Assembly (NCBI GenBank): GCA_965213705.1
Contig: OZ243913.1
Coordinates: forward strand, 2,432,001 to 2,496,000
Direction: 5' to 3'
Source of the DNA: Trueperaceae bacterium
GTDB lineage: Bacteria > Deinococcota > Deinococci > Deinococcales > Trueperaceae
DNA: 64,000 bases
Shown: in pieces, positions 29,814 through 44,029 of the stretch
Numbering within the stretch: the stretch's first letter is position 1
How the letters are laid out: the number at the start of each line of letters is the position of its first letter
The notes under the pieces: generated by a model
Database searches by the model: none
The model's input: the letters and a program-made list of their open reading frames with translations, nothing else
Told to the model about the DNA's origin: nothing
Translations under genes and position numbers: made by a program

Positions 29814-32800
29814 GTGCAGCTGACCTCGTTGACGTTACAGGGTTTCAAAAGTTTCGGTGACCGGACGGTGCTGACGTTTGCGCCCGGCGTGACAGCCGTC
29901 GTCGGGCCGAACGGGTCGGGCAAGTCCAACCTGATAGAGGCCCTGCGCTGGGCGACGGGTGGCGGCCGAGCGAGCAGCTACCGGGCGGACGAGAAGACCG
30001 ACCTGATTTTTCACGGGGCGAGCGGCAAGCGGAGCGTCAGCTACGCCGAAGTGGGTCTCAGTTTGCGCGACGGCGCGCGCAGCCACCACGTGGTGCGCAA
30101 CTTGTTCCGGGACGGCTCGTCCAAGCTCAAACTGAACGGTCGCGCGGCCAGGTTTGTCGACGTCGAGGAGGTTTTGGGGGGCAGCGGGCTCGGGCGCGGC
30201 AGCTTGGCCGTCATCGGCCAGGGCGAGGTCGGCGGGGTCTTGATGGCGGGTCCGGAAAAGTTGCTCGAGTACGTGGCCGAAGCCGCCGGGGTCGCCAAAC
30301 TCAGCGGCCGCCGCGACCTCAGCCTGGCCCGGCTGGACACCGCGCACGCTCACCTGTTGCGCTTGGCCGACCGTGAAGAGGTGTTGGCCCTCGAGGTGAG
30401 TGCCCTCGCCGAAGAGGCCGAGCAAGCCGCGTGCTATGTGGCGCTGAACGCCGAAGCGTTGCGTTTGCGCTACACCTACGCGGCCGTCCGAGTGGGGAGT
30501 TTGCAGGCGGAGGTCGCGCAGCTGACAGCGCAGCAAGACGACCTGACGGCGACCCTGACGGCAGGTCGGCGGGCCTTGAAAGACCTGCAGGGCGCGTGGG
30601 GCGAGGCGAGAAGTCGCGCTGCCCGGCTCGAGACCCACTACCGCGACTTAGCGACCGAAGCCGAAGCGCGCCGCGGCGACTTGCGCGTGGCCGAGGAGCG
30701 CCTGCAGGGACTGCGGGCGCGCGCCACCGCGGCGACGCGCGAACGGGACGCAGTGACCGAAGAAATGACCCGGCTCGCCACGCTGAGCGCTCCCGTCGCG
30801 CCCGACCTAAACTTGGCCGACGTGAAGACGGCCGCCCGGCACGCCGAAGAAGCGCACGAGGCGTTGGCGCGCGACCTTGCCACAGCCGAGGCCGACGAGC
30901 AAAACGCGCTGCGCCGCTTGGAGGCGCAGCGCTTGGAGCAACGGCGCGAGGAGCAGGCTTCAGCGAGCCACCGCGCACGCGAGGTCCAACTGCTGGCACA
31001 ACGCGCCGACCTGCAAGCGCGCGCGGCGGCTGTTCGGCTGCCTGTCGACGACGTGGGCGCGCTGCGCGAGGACTTAGAAATTGCCAGCCGACTCTACGAC
31101 CTCGCCAAACGCCGCCAGGCCGAAGCTATCGCGGCCGTCACGGCCCAGCAGGGCGTCCACGCTCGAGCCGCGGCGGAAGCGGCGGCGCTGGCGCGTTCAG
31201 TTGAACGCGCCAGCGCCGCGCTCAAGGCCCGCCGCGGGTTCGCACAGGGCCCCAAACACGCGCTCACCGCCAACCTGCCAGGCGTCTTCGGGGCCGTCGC
31301 CGACCTCGTTCGGGTGCCCGAGCCGTACCGCGTCGCCCTCGCCAGCGCGCTGGGTCGGCGGGTCGAGTACGTCGTCGTCGACACTGCCGACACGGCGCAA
31401 ACGGTTCTCTCTTACGTCAAACAGCGCGGCGGCTGGGTGACCGTGTTGCCGCTCGACCTGGTCGCGGGCAAACCCGGTACGTTGCCGCCGGGCGTCAAGA
31501 ACGCACCCGGCGTCGTCGGGCTCGCCACCGACCTCGTCGAGGTCGGTGAGGCGTTTCGGGGTGTTTTCTATCAACTTTTGGGTACGACGACGCTCGTTGA
31601 AACCTTACAAGTGGGTGTCACTTTGGCGAAAACGCAGCGCACCCGGCCGCGCTTAGTCAGTTTGGCGGGCGACGTCGTCGAGAGTTACGGTGCCTTGTCG
31701 GGCGGTCAAAGCCGCGTCGCGGACTCGGTGCTGGGTCTCGCCGCCGAGGTGGAGGAGGCCGAGGCGAGTGCCGAAAAAGCGCAAAGGGGTGCCGCCGAGC
31801 AAGAGGTCAGGCTGCGCGCTTTTCAAGACGCCGCCAAAACCGCCCAAACCGAAACGGCGTCGGCCGCAACCGTCCTGAAAAGCTTGCAAGCTAGGCTCGC
31901 CGCCGTTGAAGAAGCCGTCAACCTGGCTCGCTCGTTGCGTGGGCAGGTGGGTGAGCAGTTGCAAGACGTTGCGGCGCAACTGGAAGCGCTCGAGCCCCCG
32001 CCCGCCCGCCTTGACCGCGCGGGTTTGGTGGCGGCCGAGGCGGAAGCCGTCCAACTTGCCGAACGGGTGCGCGCCTTGCGCGCCGCCGCCACGCAACGCG
32101 CCACCACGTTTCAAGAGGCGCGCCAAACTTTACTGCTCGGCGAGCAGCGCTGGCAACAGTACGCCGAAGCGCAGCGACGGTTCGAAGCGGCCGAGCAGCA
32201 GCGCGCCCGGCTGGCCGAACGGCTCGGCGACTTGCTCACCCTGCAAGGTGACGTTGAACGCGACCTGCAGGCGGCGCACCGGGCGTTTACAACGGCTCAG
32301 GCCGCTCAGCCCAGCGACCTTGAAACCAAAAAAGCCGCCTGGCAAACAACCAAGGCCGAGGCCGACCGTCTCGAGGCCGCCCTGTCGCCCCTGAGCGAGA
32401 GCCAGGCCGGTTACGCCGAAGACTTGGAGCGCGTCAAGGTGTCTTTAGCCCGGCGCGAGGCCGCCCTGGAGCTGGCCCAAGAGGACTTGGCCGGGTTTCC
32501 ACCCGGTTTGGAGCGGTTGGACAGGAGCGCCCGAGCCTGCCGCGAACAACTCACCGAAGTCGAAACCGAGCTGACAGCGCTGGGACCCGTCAACCACCGC
32601 GCCACTCAAGACGTGCAAGACAGCCGCGCACGTCTCGCCGAACTGCAAGCACAACTTGCCGAAGCCCGGCAAGCCGTCGCCGAGTTAAGAGAAGCCTTGG
32701 CGACCCTCGACGCGGAGACGAGTTCGCGCTTGGCGGTGGCGACCGGCGCGTTGCGCCGCAACTTCAAACACTACGTTGGCGAGTTGTTCGGGGCCGAGGC

Positions 32801-33194
32801 CGAAGCGGATGTAGAGACGCTCTACGAAGAGCAGCGCCCGGTGGGCATCCGCATCGCGCTGCAGCCGCCGGGTAAGCAAACGACGGCCCTGAACTTGCTC
32901 TCGGTCGGTGAACGGACGATGGGCGCGCTGGCGTTTTTGTTCTCGCTCATGCAGGGCGACCCCGCGCAACGCCTGCCCCTCGCTGTTTTAGACGAAGTCG
33001 ACGCGCCCCTCGACGAGGCGAACATTCGCCGCTTCTGCGCGTTCTTAGAGCAGCTCGCCAAGCAAGGCACGCAGTTTGTCCTCATCACCCACCAAAAAGC
33101 AACCTTTGAGATTGCCGACGTCCTGTGGGGCGTGACCTCCGACCGGGGGGTCAGCCGGCTGTTTAGCATTCGCCGTGAAGACCCCGTAGCTTAG
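29814..33194 (+). CDS. smc: Chromosome segregation protein SMC
   Basis: [14 protein letters not shown], hinge, coiled coils, LSVGE and LDEVDAPLD. Confidence 0.93.
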   Translation: MQLTSLTLQGFKSFGDRTVLTFAPGVTAVVGPNGSGKSNLIEALRWATGGGRASSYRADEKTDLIFHGASGKRSVSYAEVGLSLRDGARSHHVVRNLFRDGSSKLKLNGRAARFVDVEEVLGGSGLGRGSLAVIGQGEVGGVLMAGPEKLLEYVAEAAGVAKLSGRRDLSLARLDTAHAHLLRLADREEVLALEVSALAEEAEQAACYVALNAEALRLRYTYAAVRVGSLQAEVAQLTAQQDDLTATLTAGRRALKDLQGAWGEARSRAARLETHYRDLATEAEARRGDLRVAEERLQGLRARATAATRERDAVTEEMTRLATLSAPVAPDLNLADVKTAARHAEEAHEALARDLATAEADEQNALRRLEAQRLEQRREEQASASHRAREVQLLAQRADLQARAAAVRLPVDDVGALREDLEIASRLYDLAKRRQAEAIAAVTAQQGVHARAAAEAAALARSVERASAALKARRGFAQGPKHALTANLPGVFGAVADLVRVPEPYRVALASALGRRVEYVVVDTADTAQTVLSYVKQRGGWVTVLPLDLVAGKPGTLPPGVKNAPGVVGLATDLVEVGEAFRGVFYQLLGTTTLVETLQVGVTLAKTQRTRPRLVSLAGDVVESYGALSGGQSRVADSVLGLAAEVEEAEASAEKAQRGAAEQEVRLRAFQDAAKTAQTETASAATVLKSLQARLAAVEEAVNLARSLRGQVGEQLQDVAAQLEALEPPPARLDRAGLVAAEAEAVQLAERVRALRAAATQRATTFQEARQTLLLGEQRWQQYAEAQRRFEAAEQQRARLAERLGDLLTLQGDVERDLQAAHRAFTTAQAAQPSDLETKKAAWQTTKAEADRLEAALSPLSESQAGYAEDLERVKVSLARREAALELAQEDLAGFPPGLERLDRSARACREQLTEVETELTALGPVNHRATQDVQDSRARLAELQAQLAEARQAVAELREALATLDAETSSRLAVATGALRRNFKHYVGELFGAEAEADVETLYEEQRPVGIRIALQPPGKQTTALNLLSVGERTMGALAFLFSLMQGDPAQRLPLAVLDEVDAPLDEANIRRFCAFLEQLAKQGTQFVLITHQKATFEIADVLWGVTSDRGVSRLFSIRREDPVA

Positions 33195-33212
33195 GTGATT
33201 TCAACCAGTTAA

Positions 33213-33259
33213 GCAACAAAAAACGCACAAGCTTAACTGTTGTGAAATAAAACACTTGA
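33213..33259 (-). repeat. Dispersed polar 47-bp site, copy 4 (between convergent smc and recombinase)
   Basis: - strand TCAAGTG-tttta-TTTCAC-aacagttaagctt-GTGCGT-tttttgttgc. Confidence 0.78.
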
Positions 33260-33296
33260 TTATCTTAGCTTAGTGTTACTCGCAACAGACGTTGAA

Positions 33297-33359
33297 GCCT
33301 CTTCCCTACCGAAACCCTCGAGCCTTACGAAGGCTTGAGGGTTTCGGTAGGGAAGAGGC
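33297..33359. repeat. Long inverted repeat (30-bp arms, 3-nt loop)
   Basis: gcctcttccctaccgaaaccctcgagcctt-acg-aaggcttgagggtttcggtagggaagaggc; 29 of 30 positions pair. Confidence 0.9.
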
Positions 33360-33361
33360 CG

Positions 33362-34414
33362 CTACCAGTCGTCGATGTCCTCGCCGATTTCTTCGGTGCT
33401 GAGTTTGGCGTAGCGGCGGGTGGTCTGGATGCTCGAGTGCCGTAAGTGTGCTGCTACCCGCCCGAGGTCGCGCACCTGCCGGTAGTAGCGCGTGCCGGCG
33501 TAGTGGCGCAGGCCATGAACCGCCGAAGCGGCGTAGTCGTCGCTCATGCCCTGCAATTGGCAGAACGCTTCGAACTTGAGTCGCGCGTGGTTGGTCGTCC
33601 AAGGGAGGACGTAGTCTTTTGTCCGCCGGTTTTTGTAGCGGAGGTCGTCGCCGTAAACCTGGCGGTAACTCTCGAGAATGCCCAGGGTGCGCCCGGTCAA
33701 CCGTACGGCTTTTCGGGTGCCGCCTTTGCCGTGAACCGTCATACGCCGCCGCGCCCAGTCGACGTGCTGCCAGCACAGCGCGGTCATCTCGCCGATGCGC
33801 AGCCCGGCGTGCGCGCCGAGGACGACCATCACGGCGACGGCCCCGGCACCGTCGCGCTCGGCGGCGCTGAGCAACGCTTCTACGGCTTCGTCGCTCCAGG
33901 GTGGGGTTTTGTCCTGAACTTCTTCCTTGTCGGGGGGCGCGTGAACGTCGGTGAAGGGTTTGGCGGTCGTGGCCCCGGCCCACTCGAGCGCGTCGTACAA
34001 CAGTCTGGCCGCCGCCAACTTTACCCCGATGGTACTGGGGCTCAGCGGCTTCGTCTCGTCGTAATCCTGCTCAAAACGTTGGCGACCCTTGCGGATGAGC
34101 ACGTGAGTACGCATGAGTTGGTTGCGGTAGGTCGTCCCAGCGTCGCTGCTCGGGTGCAGCAGGTTCTCGTGGCCGAAGGCTTCCAACACGTCTTGAACCC
34201 CGCGCCGGTAGAGGCGCACCGTACCCTGCGAAACGTTCACGCCCGACTTGGAGCGTTTGTAGAGGTAGGCCTCGCACAAACCCAAGACCTCGTCCTCGTC
34301 GCGCTCGTTCACCGCCTTGAGAATGCGGACGCGCCGTTTCTCGGGCGTGAGCTTGGCCCAGTCCTCGTAGATGTCCAGGGGTGCTAGGCCGGTGTAACGC
34401 TCGAGGTCAGCCAT
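33362..34414 (-). CDS. Tyrosine recombinase (Xer/integrase family, Deinococcus-type)
   Basis: Catalytic residues present: AGLRIGE, GKGG, HGLRH, LRHSS, TRRY. Confidence 0.92.
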   Translation of the reverse strand: MADLERYTGLAPLDIYEDWAKLTPEKRRVRILKAVNERDEDEVLGLCEAYLYKRSKSGVNVSQGTVRLYRRGVQDVLEAFGHENLLHPSSDAGTTYRNQLMRTHVLIRKGRQRFEQDYDETKPLSPSTIGVKLAAARLLYDALEWAGATTAKPFTDVHAPPDKEEVQDKTPPWSDEAVEALLSAAERDGAGAVAVMVVLGAHAGLRIGEMTALCWQHVDWARRRMTVHGKGGTRKAVRLTGRTLGILESYRQVYGDDLRYKNRRTKDYVLPWTTNHARLKFEAFCQLQGMSDDYAASAVHGLRHYAGTRYYRQVRDLGRVAAHLRHSSIQTTRRYAKLSTEEIGEDIDDW

Positions 34415-34485
34415 TGGGTTGTAAGTCCTGACAGGTGGAAAGAGGTATCATCATAGCCCATTTTAATCTCTTTTCAAATCGGTGA

Positions 34486-34520
34486 AAAGAAACATTTTCA
34501 CTTGTTTATACATTTTGAGT
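34486..34520 (-). repeat. Partial copy of the polar site upstream of the recombinase
   Basis: - strand ACTCAA-aatgtataaacaa-GTGAAA-atgtttcttt; the AAGTG box is missing. Confidence 0.4.
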
Positions 34521-34559
34521 TGGTGTGCGGGCTACAGTTCCTAGTTTAAAGTATAAAGT

Positions 34560-34964
34560 GTGATGCAAATCAACCCCTTTCGTGTTTGTCCCAACGGTCA
34601 CTACCCATTGGGGCTACGAATCTCTCATCTATGTTTGAGGCTAGCAGTTGTATTGACCATATCGTCTATTCTGCTTTTACCTTTGACTGAGTATCTCTGC
34701 ATAGGTGTACGGCTTTTTTGTGGGTCGGGGGGCACCGTGTTTAAGCTTTATACATGGTGGCTCTGGCTATCTGGGCCTGTTCTACTTGCTCATGCGATTA
34801 TTGAATCTCGGGTAATTACATCTAGGCTTAAGGAAAATCTAGAACTTGAAACGGGTCAGTGTCTGTGCAGTAACAAACAAAAGGATGGGCTTTTCACAGC
34901 GGCGTATCTGTTGTTTTGGATTTTGTCGCCAATTATTATCTTGCTCTTAAATAGTTTAGTTTAG
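34560..34964 (+). CDS. Low-GC hypothetical membrane protein
   Basis: 134-aa ORF with about three hydrophobic segments and AT-rich codons. Confidence 0.5.
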   Translation: MMQINPFRVCPNGHYPLGLRISHLCLRLAVVLTISSILLLPLTEYLCIGVRLFCGSGGTVFKLYTWWLWLSGPVLLAHAIIESRVITSRLKENLELETGQCLCSNKQKDGLFTAAYLLFWILSPIIILLLNSLV

Positions 34965-34991
34965 TATCTTAGCTCAGTTTTTTCTCTTCAT

Positions 34992-35039
34992 TCAAGTTAA
35001 AAGATTCACAATAATTACAGGTCGTGAAATTTTTGTTTC
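34992..35039 (+). repeat. Dispersed polar site, copy 5 (first copy on the + strand)
   Basis: TCAAGTT-aaaag-ATTCAC-aataattacaggtc-GTGAAA-tttttgtttc (14-bp spacer). Confidence 0.75.
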
Positions 35040-35095
35040 TTTTATAAGCTTAGTCGGGGGCTCGAGCCCCCGACCATTCGGGGTACACTGAGAGC

Positions 35096-38836
<3,741 letters not shown>

Positions 38837-38947
38837 ACCCCGGTTCGATTGGGGTTTACAACGGGTCGGTAAACGTTCCTGCCGAAATGGCCCAAGCAAT
38901 TCGAGTTTTCTTGCAGACGCGCCCATACACACTCCTGCACAGAATCT

Positions 38948-38994
38948 GTAGGTGATATATTTCACAATAGCTTAGCGCGTGAACTTTTTCTTTC
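38948..38994 (+). repeat. Dispersed polar 47-bp site, copy 6
   Basis: GTAGGTG-atata-TTTCAC-aatagcttagcgc-GTGAAC-tttttctttc; between convergent genes. Confidence 0.78.
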
Positions 38995-39042
38995 GAGTTC
39001 AAAGTTTTTTGGTCTAATCCGAGTGCAGGCCGACGAGCTATG

Positions 39043-39540
39043 TCAGGGCGTGGGGGACGTTCCGAACTCTGCCAAGAGAGCTTGCACGACCTCGACTATA
39101 AACCTGTCCGCAAGTTTGAGGTCGGCGCTGTTGCCGGCCGTGGTCGAATAAGCCAACGACGCGGCGTTCGTCCCTGCCGGACGAACCACGACGGAAAGCA
39201 GCGTCGGCTCGTCCCGTACTGTTCCCGGGCTCGAGAACCCGAAGCTCAGCGAGCCGTTTCTAAAGTTGAGGCCGAGCCGGTCCGCTCCTACCGCGCCGAC
39301 AACGCGCCCCCGCCCCAGGCGCAGGGCGGTGATAAGCCCCGTGTCACGGTCGGCCGTGTCGAGGGCGAAACCGACCCGTGTGGAAAAGGTCGCGACCCGG
39401 GTCGACGCGACGGCTTGGAGAGTCGCGTCGAACAGCGTGTCGTAGTCGGTGTTGAAAACGTAAGGCTGCAACGGCGGCTGCACCGCCGGGGCACAAGCGC
39501 CCAGCAGAATGAGCAAACTGAGTAGCGCGGTTCGTAACAC
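39043..39540 (-). CDS. Hypothetical lipoprotein
   Basis: GGAGG then GTG at 39540; lipobox LGAC. Confidence 0.65.
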   Translation of the reverse strand: MLRTALLSLLILLGACAPAVQPPLQPYVFNTDYDTLFDATLQAVASTRVATFSTRVGFALDTADRDTGLITALRLGRGRVVGAVGADRLGLNFRNGSLSFGFSSPGTVRDEPTLLSVVVRPAGTNAASLAYSTTAGNSADLKLADRFIVEVVQALLAEFGTSPTP

Positions 39541-39824
39541 GGTAGCCTCCTCGAAACCCACAAAACTGCTCGTGCGGGACGTCGTTAGGCTATTGTACTA
39601 AACGAGAGCGAAAGAGACCTTAAATTAAAAGTTAAAGGGACTCCGGGTTAGAGAGGTTTTCGGGTAAAGAGACCCCGGGGTCGGTCTGGATGCAAACTGT
39701 GCCCAAGCGGTTTTGGGACGGGGTGACTCTTCCGGTCGCCTGGGTCCAGCCGTTTTCAGCTCGAGCGGCCGCTCAGCAACGTGGGGCAACGAACGACGAA
39801 CTTGCCGGGTCAGGGTTTGCCGGG

Positions 39825-40940
39825 TCAGCCGAAGACCGTCAGTCCCGTCGAAGGCGTGTTGCGGTTGCGCATTAGGTCTATTTGGGTCGCCGCCATTTTG
39901 AACGCCTGCATACTCGTCGCCGAGGTGAGGCCGATTTCGTAGTCGATGACGTCGTCGGCGTAGAGCTGGGCGATGTTGTCGTCGAAGGTCTGCATACCGT
40001 CGAGCTTGGAGTCTTTGAGCGCGTCGTAGAGTTCGTGGCTGCGGTCCTCGTCTTTGATAAGGTCCTTGATGCGCATGGTGCCTTTCATGACCTCTTGCGC
40101 GGCGACCCGGCCTTTGCCGCCTTTGCGGGGCAGCAGCCGCTGCGAAACCACCCCGACGAGCGACTCGGCGAACAGCACGCGCGCCGTTTCGCGCTCGTGC
40201 GGCGGGAACAGCTCGATGACGCGGTTCACGGTGCGCACCGTGTCGATGGTGTGCAGGGTGCTGAACACGAGGTGACCCGTTTGCGCCGCCGAGATAGCCG
40301 CCGCGGCGGTGGCGTAGTCGCGAATTTCGCCGATGAGGATGACCTCGGGGTCTTGGCGCATAGCGGCGCGGAGCGCTTCGGAAAATGACGGCGCGTCCGG
40401 CCCGATTTCGCGCTGCACGATAATGGAGCGCTTCGGTTTGTGCAAAAACTCGATGGGGTCTTCGACGGTGATGATCATTTTGGCGTGAACGGCGTTGATT
40501 TCGTCGATGATGCGGGCCAAGGTCGTCGACTTACCCGAACCCGTAGGTCCGGTGACGAGAACGAGGCCTTTTTCTTGGTCGCGGAAGTAGTCGAGCGTTT
40601 CCAAGGGTAAGTTGACCACCTGAAGCTGCGACGAATCCGAGTTGATGACGCGCAAAACCGCGCTGACGCTGCCGCGCTGCCGAAACAAGTTCAAGCGAAA
40701 GCGCGCGACGCCCGCCACGCTGTAGGCCAAGTCGACCTGGTTGTCTTCACGAAACACTTGCTTTTGCTTGTCGTTGCACACGATGTCGACGATGGCGTCG
40801 GTAAATTTGGCGGTAAGGTTGTTCTCGCTCACGGGCACGAGTTTGCCGTTTACGCGAATCATAGGTTGGAGGCCGGCGTGCAGGTGAATGTCGGACGCGC
40901 CGCGTTTGACAAAACCGCCCAGGAGTTCGTCGAAGGTCAT
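39825..40940 (-). CDS. pilT: Type IV pilus retraction ATPase, PilT/PilU family
   Basis: GASDIHL, GPTGSGKST, EDPIE, GEIRD and TGHLVFSTLH motifs. Confidence 0.88.
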   Translation of the reverse strand: MTFDELLGGFVKRGASDIHLHAGLQPMIRVNGKLVPVSENNLTAKFTDAIVDIVCNDKQKQVFREDNQVDLAYSVAGVARFRLNLFRQRGSVSAVLRVINSDSSQLQVVNLPLETLDYFRDQEKGLVLVTGPTGSGKSTTLARIIDEINAVHAKMIITVEDPIEFLHKPKRSIIVQREIGPDAPSFSEALRAAMRQDPEVILIGEIRDYATAAAAISAAQTGHLVFSTLHTIDTVRTVNRVIELFPPHERETARVLFAESLVGVVSQRLLPRKGGKGRVAAQEVMKGTMRIKDLIKDEDRSHELYDALKDSKLDGMQTFDDNIAQLYADDVIDYEIGLTSATSMQAFKMAATQIDLMRNRNTPSTGLTVFG

Positions 40941-41173
40941 AACGCTAAGCTAGCAGGCAAACCTTTACAAAATTCTTACGCGGACTCCGGCACAAGGGCA
41001 AGACCGCGGCGTCCGCCGGGCGCTTGGCTTAGGGGCGGCTCGAGCGGTCCCGACGGTTGGTCATTCGAATAGGTGCAGCGGCCCGCACCGTCACCCAGTC
41101 TAGTCCGCGCCGCCGGCCTCCAAACCGCAACCGTCACACCGGGCGCGGGTTTTCGGCTTGTGTCGTGAAAGGG

Positions 41174-42307
41174 TCAGCGCGAACCGAACGGTCCCCCCAA
41201 CGGTTTCAACGGCGTCGTGGCGTCGGTTTGGCCGTAAGGATAGAGGTCGTAGTTGGTCAGCTCGACGTAGCCCAAGCCAGACGGCGCGCCGCTGGCCGTG
41301 ACCGCACCCTCCCAGTAAACGATGCCGGTGCTGGCCCGCGTGTCCATCTCTTGCCCTAAAAGTCGCGGCGTGATGACGGTTTCAATGCCCAAGCGGGGCA
41401 CGCGCAAACGCCAACCGAGCGGGTAGACAGCGCCCGTTTCGGGGCTTTCCCAGGTCACGCCGGTGGGTTCCAAAACAAAATCTCGAGCTTCTAAGTTGAC
41501 GCTGCGGCCGCTCCGCGTCACGAACGTACCCGCCGCCGTGCTGTACTCGCCACTCGGCTGACGAATGAGGTAGAGCATGAGTTCGGTGTTATCGTCAAAC
41601 TGCAGGCTGAACCAGTCCCAACCGGCGTAACTCGACAAGTCGAAGTCACCCCACTGGTGGTCGTGCCACGCCTGTCCCTGAACCTGGTGGACGGTGCAAA
41701 AGGGGTCGCAGTCGGTGTAGAGTTTACCCTCGGCCTTCATGCGGGTGTAAGAGAGGTAGTAACTCACGCCGCCCGGCCCCATCGACTGAATGCCCGGCGG
41801 GCTGCCGTGCAGGACGACCGGTTTGGTGGGCGTGACGGTGAGTTCCAAGCGCTTGTTGCCGACCGAGGCCGCGACAGCCACGCTGCCGTCCTCGGCGGCT
41901 ACCGCGTACCAGTCGGCAACTTTGACGTAGAGCTTGTCAGCCGAGGTAGTCGCTTTGTAACCCCAGAAGTCTGCGCGTTCGGCTTTCTCGAACGTCTCAG
42001 CGTCGACGTCGGTGATGGCAAAATGCGCGACGTGGCCCTTGTCGATGAGCAGGTCGGCCGGTAAAAAGCCGAACAGCTTGATGCCCGGCGGCGTGTAGGC
42101 CTTGAAAAAAGTCAGTTCGAAGCCGTACTCGTGTCCGGTTTCGTCGCTGAGATGGCCCGTGTAGTACCACCATTCGATGGGCGCGCGGTGGGCGGCCTCG
42201 TCGCGCGGCAACGTTACGGCCTTGACCGGATAAGGCGTCGAATAGATAGAGGGCGCGCAGGCGGCCAACAGCAAACACAGGATGGCGAGGCTTATCCAAC
42301 GGTTCAT
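41174..42307 (-). CDS. AttH/CrtC-like lipocalin-fold lipoprotein
   Basis: Lipobox LAAC; EWWYYTG, WHDHQWG, GWDWF and YWEG motifs. Confidence 0.82.
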   Translation of the reverse strand: MNRWISLAILCLLLAACAPSIYSTPYPVKAVTLPRDEAAHRAPIEWWYYTGHLSDETGHEYGFELTFFKAYTPPGIKLFGFLPADLLIDKGHVAHFAITDVDAETFEKAERADFWGYKATTSADKLYVKVADWYAVAAEDGSVAVAASVGNKRLELTVTPTKPVVLHGSPPGIQSMGPGGVSYYLSYTRMKAEGKLYTDCDPFCTVHQVQGQAWHDHQWGDFDLSSYAGWDWFSLQFDDNTELMLYLIRQPSGEYSTAAGTFVTRSGRSVNLEARDFVLEPTGVTWESPETGAVYPLGWRLRVPRLGIETVITPRLLGQEMDTRASTGIVYWEGAVTASGAPSGLGYVELTNYDLYPYGQTDATTPLKPLGGPFGSR

Positions 42308-42479
42308 CTATAAACCATAAACCACTGCCCCCGCCCCAGACTGAGAGGGTGCTCGCGTTTGGGACCTTTGCCGAACAGACTGCCAACCAGACTGCCGAAC
42401 AGACTACCGACCCTCTCGGCGACGGCGGGTAGACTGGGACGCGTGCCGGCCCCAACGAGGCGGCGCTTTAGGAGAAAGT

Positions 42480-43373
42480 ATGAACCGAATCCTACCTGTC
42501 GTTCTGGTCGTGAGCTTGTTGCTCGTGAGCGGGTTGTGGCTGTCGCGGCGCGCCGTTGCCGAGGCGGCGACAGAACAAGCTACCGAGCCGGTCGAAACGG
42601 TCTTAGGTGCCGAACTGCCCGAAGGCTTTACCCTTACGCCTTTTTTGAGCGAGGAACCGGTGCGCAGCTTCGAGGCGGCGGACGAGGTTTTGGAGCCCGG
42701 CGTCGACTACCAGGCCATCATCGTCACCAACGACGGACCCCTGCGTATTGACCTGTACGAGGACGAGGCCCCGACGACGGTCAACAACTTTGTGTTTTTG
42801 ACGCGCAACCATTACTACGACGGTGTCGTCTTTCACCGGGTGCTGGAAGACTTTATGGCTCAAACCGGCGACCCGACCGGCACCGGCACCGGCGGGCCGG
42901 GTTATCAGTTCGCCAACGAAACCTCACCCGACTTAAACCATGACCAGCGCGGCGTCGTGTCGATGGCGAACGCCGGGCCGGACACGAACGGCTCACAGTT
43001 TTTTATCACCTTCGGCCCCACCCCCCAACTCGACGGCGGTTACAACGTTTTCGGGCAAGTCGTCGAAGGCGACGCGGTGCTTGACGACATTACCCGCATC
43101 GACCCGCAAACCCCGAGCGCCGTCGTCGCGCCGGGTGACACACTCGAAACGCTTTCGGAGCAGGGCATCACGCTCGCCGGCGACGCTTCGCAAACCGTGG
43201 AGGCTTACCTCGCCGACAAACTCGGCGCAGAGACGACCCTCGGCCAAACCTTCGACATCGACGGGTACAAGGCGGTGGCGGGCCGGCGCGGCAACGACGA
43301 CGCTTACGGCTTTTTTCCGCAACCCGACGTCATGGAGCACGTCTACATCATTCAAAAACCGAAAAGCGAGTAG
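42480..43373 (+). CDS. Cyclophilin-type peptidyl-prolyl isomerase, membrane-anchored or exported
   Basis: [15 protein letters not shown] and [16 protein letters not shown] motifs; N-terminal hydrophobic segment. Confidence 0.92.
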   Translation: MNRILPVVLVVSLLLVSGLWLSRRAVAEAATEQATEPVETVLGAELPEGFTLTPFLSEEPVRSFEAADEVLEPGVDYQAIIVTNDGPLRIDLYEDEAPTTVNNFVFLTRNHYYDGVVFHRVLEDFMAQTGDPTGTGTGGPGYQFANETSPDLNHDQRGVVSMANAGPDTNGSQFFITFGPTPQLDGGYNVFGQVVEGDAVLDDITRIDPQTPSAVVAPGDTLETLSEQGITLAGDASQTVEAYLADKLGAETTLGQTFDIDGYKAVAGRRGNDDAYGFFPQPDVMEHVYIIQKPKSE

Positions 43374-43382
43374 GAGAGACTA

Positions 43383-43943
43383 ATGGCTTATACACCCGAC
43401 GGTTACACCCAAACCGAACCCCTGTCCGACGAGCGCAAGACAAAGTTTTCCAAAGCGGAGGACGTTTTAGAGCAGGGCAAGGATTACCAGGCCGTCATCG
43501 AAACGAGCAAGGGCCGCGTGGTCGTCGACCTGTTTCAGGACGAGGCCCCGATGACGGTCAACAACTTTGTGTTTTTGGCGCGCAACCGTTACTACGACAG
43601 CGTCGTCTTTCACCGCGTTTTGGACGGCTTTATGGCTCAGGGCGGCGACCCGACCGGGTCCGGGCGCGGTGGGCCGGGTTACACCTTCGGCGACGAGACG
43701 AGCAACGGCAAACGCCACGACTCCAAAGGCGTGTTGTCGATGGCGAACGCCGGGCCGGGGACGAACGGCTCGCAGTTTTTCATCACTTTTACAGCGACAC
43801 CGCACTTGAACGGCAAACACACCGTCTTCGGCAAGGTCGTCGAGGGCGAAGAGGTCTTGGACAAACTCACCCGCATCGACCCGTCACGGCCCGGTGGGGC
43901 GACGCCGGACAAGATGGAGCAGGTTTATATCGTCGAGAAGTAG
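43383..43943 (+). CDS. Cyclophilin-type peptidyl-prolyl isomerase, cytoplasmic
   Basis: [23 protein letters not shown] and HTVFG motifs. Confidence 0.94.
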   Translation: MAYTPDGYTQTEPLSDERKTKFSKAEDVLEQGKDYQAVIETSKGRVVVDLFQDEAPMTVNNFVFLARNRYYDSVVFHRVLDGFMAQGGDPTGSGRGGPGYTFGDETSNGKRHDSKGVLSMANAGPGTNGSQFFITFTATPHLNGKHTVFGKVVEGEEVLDKLTRIDPSRPGGATPDKMEQVYIVEK

Positions 43944-44029
43944 GGGCGAGTGAGGGAGTGGGAGGTGGGGAGTAAAGGCAAAAGCTTTTACTCCTTTTCT
44001 CTCTGCTCCCTTACTTCTGTCACTACGTC

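Noticed and set aside
33362..34964. Prophage, ICE or classical integron
   Set aside because: No phage or conjugation genes, no tRNA attachment site, no attC-type structure recognised
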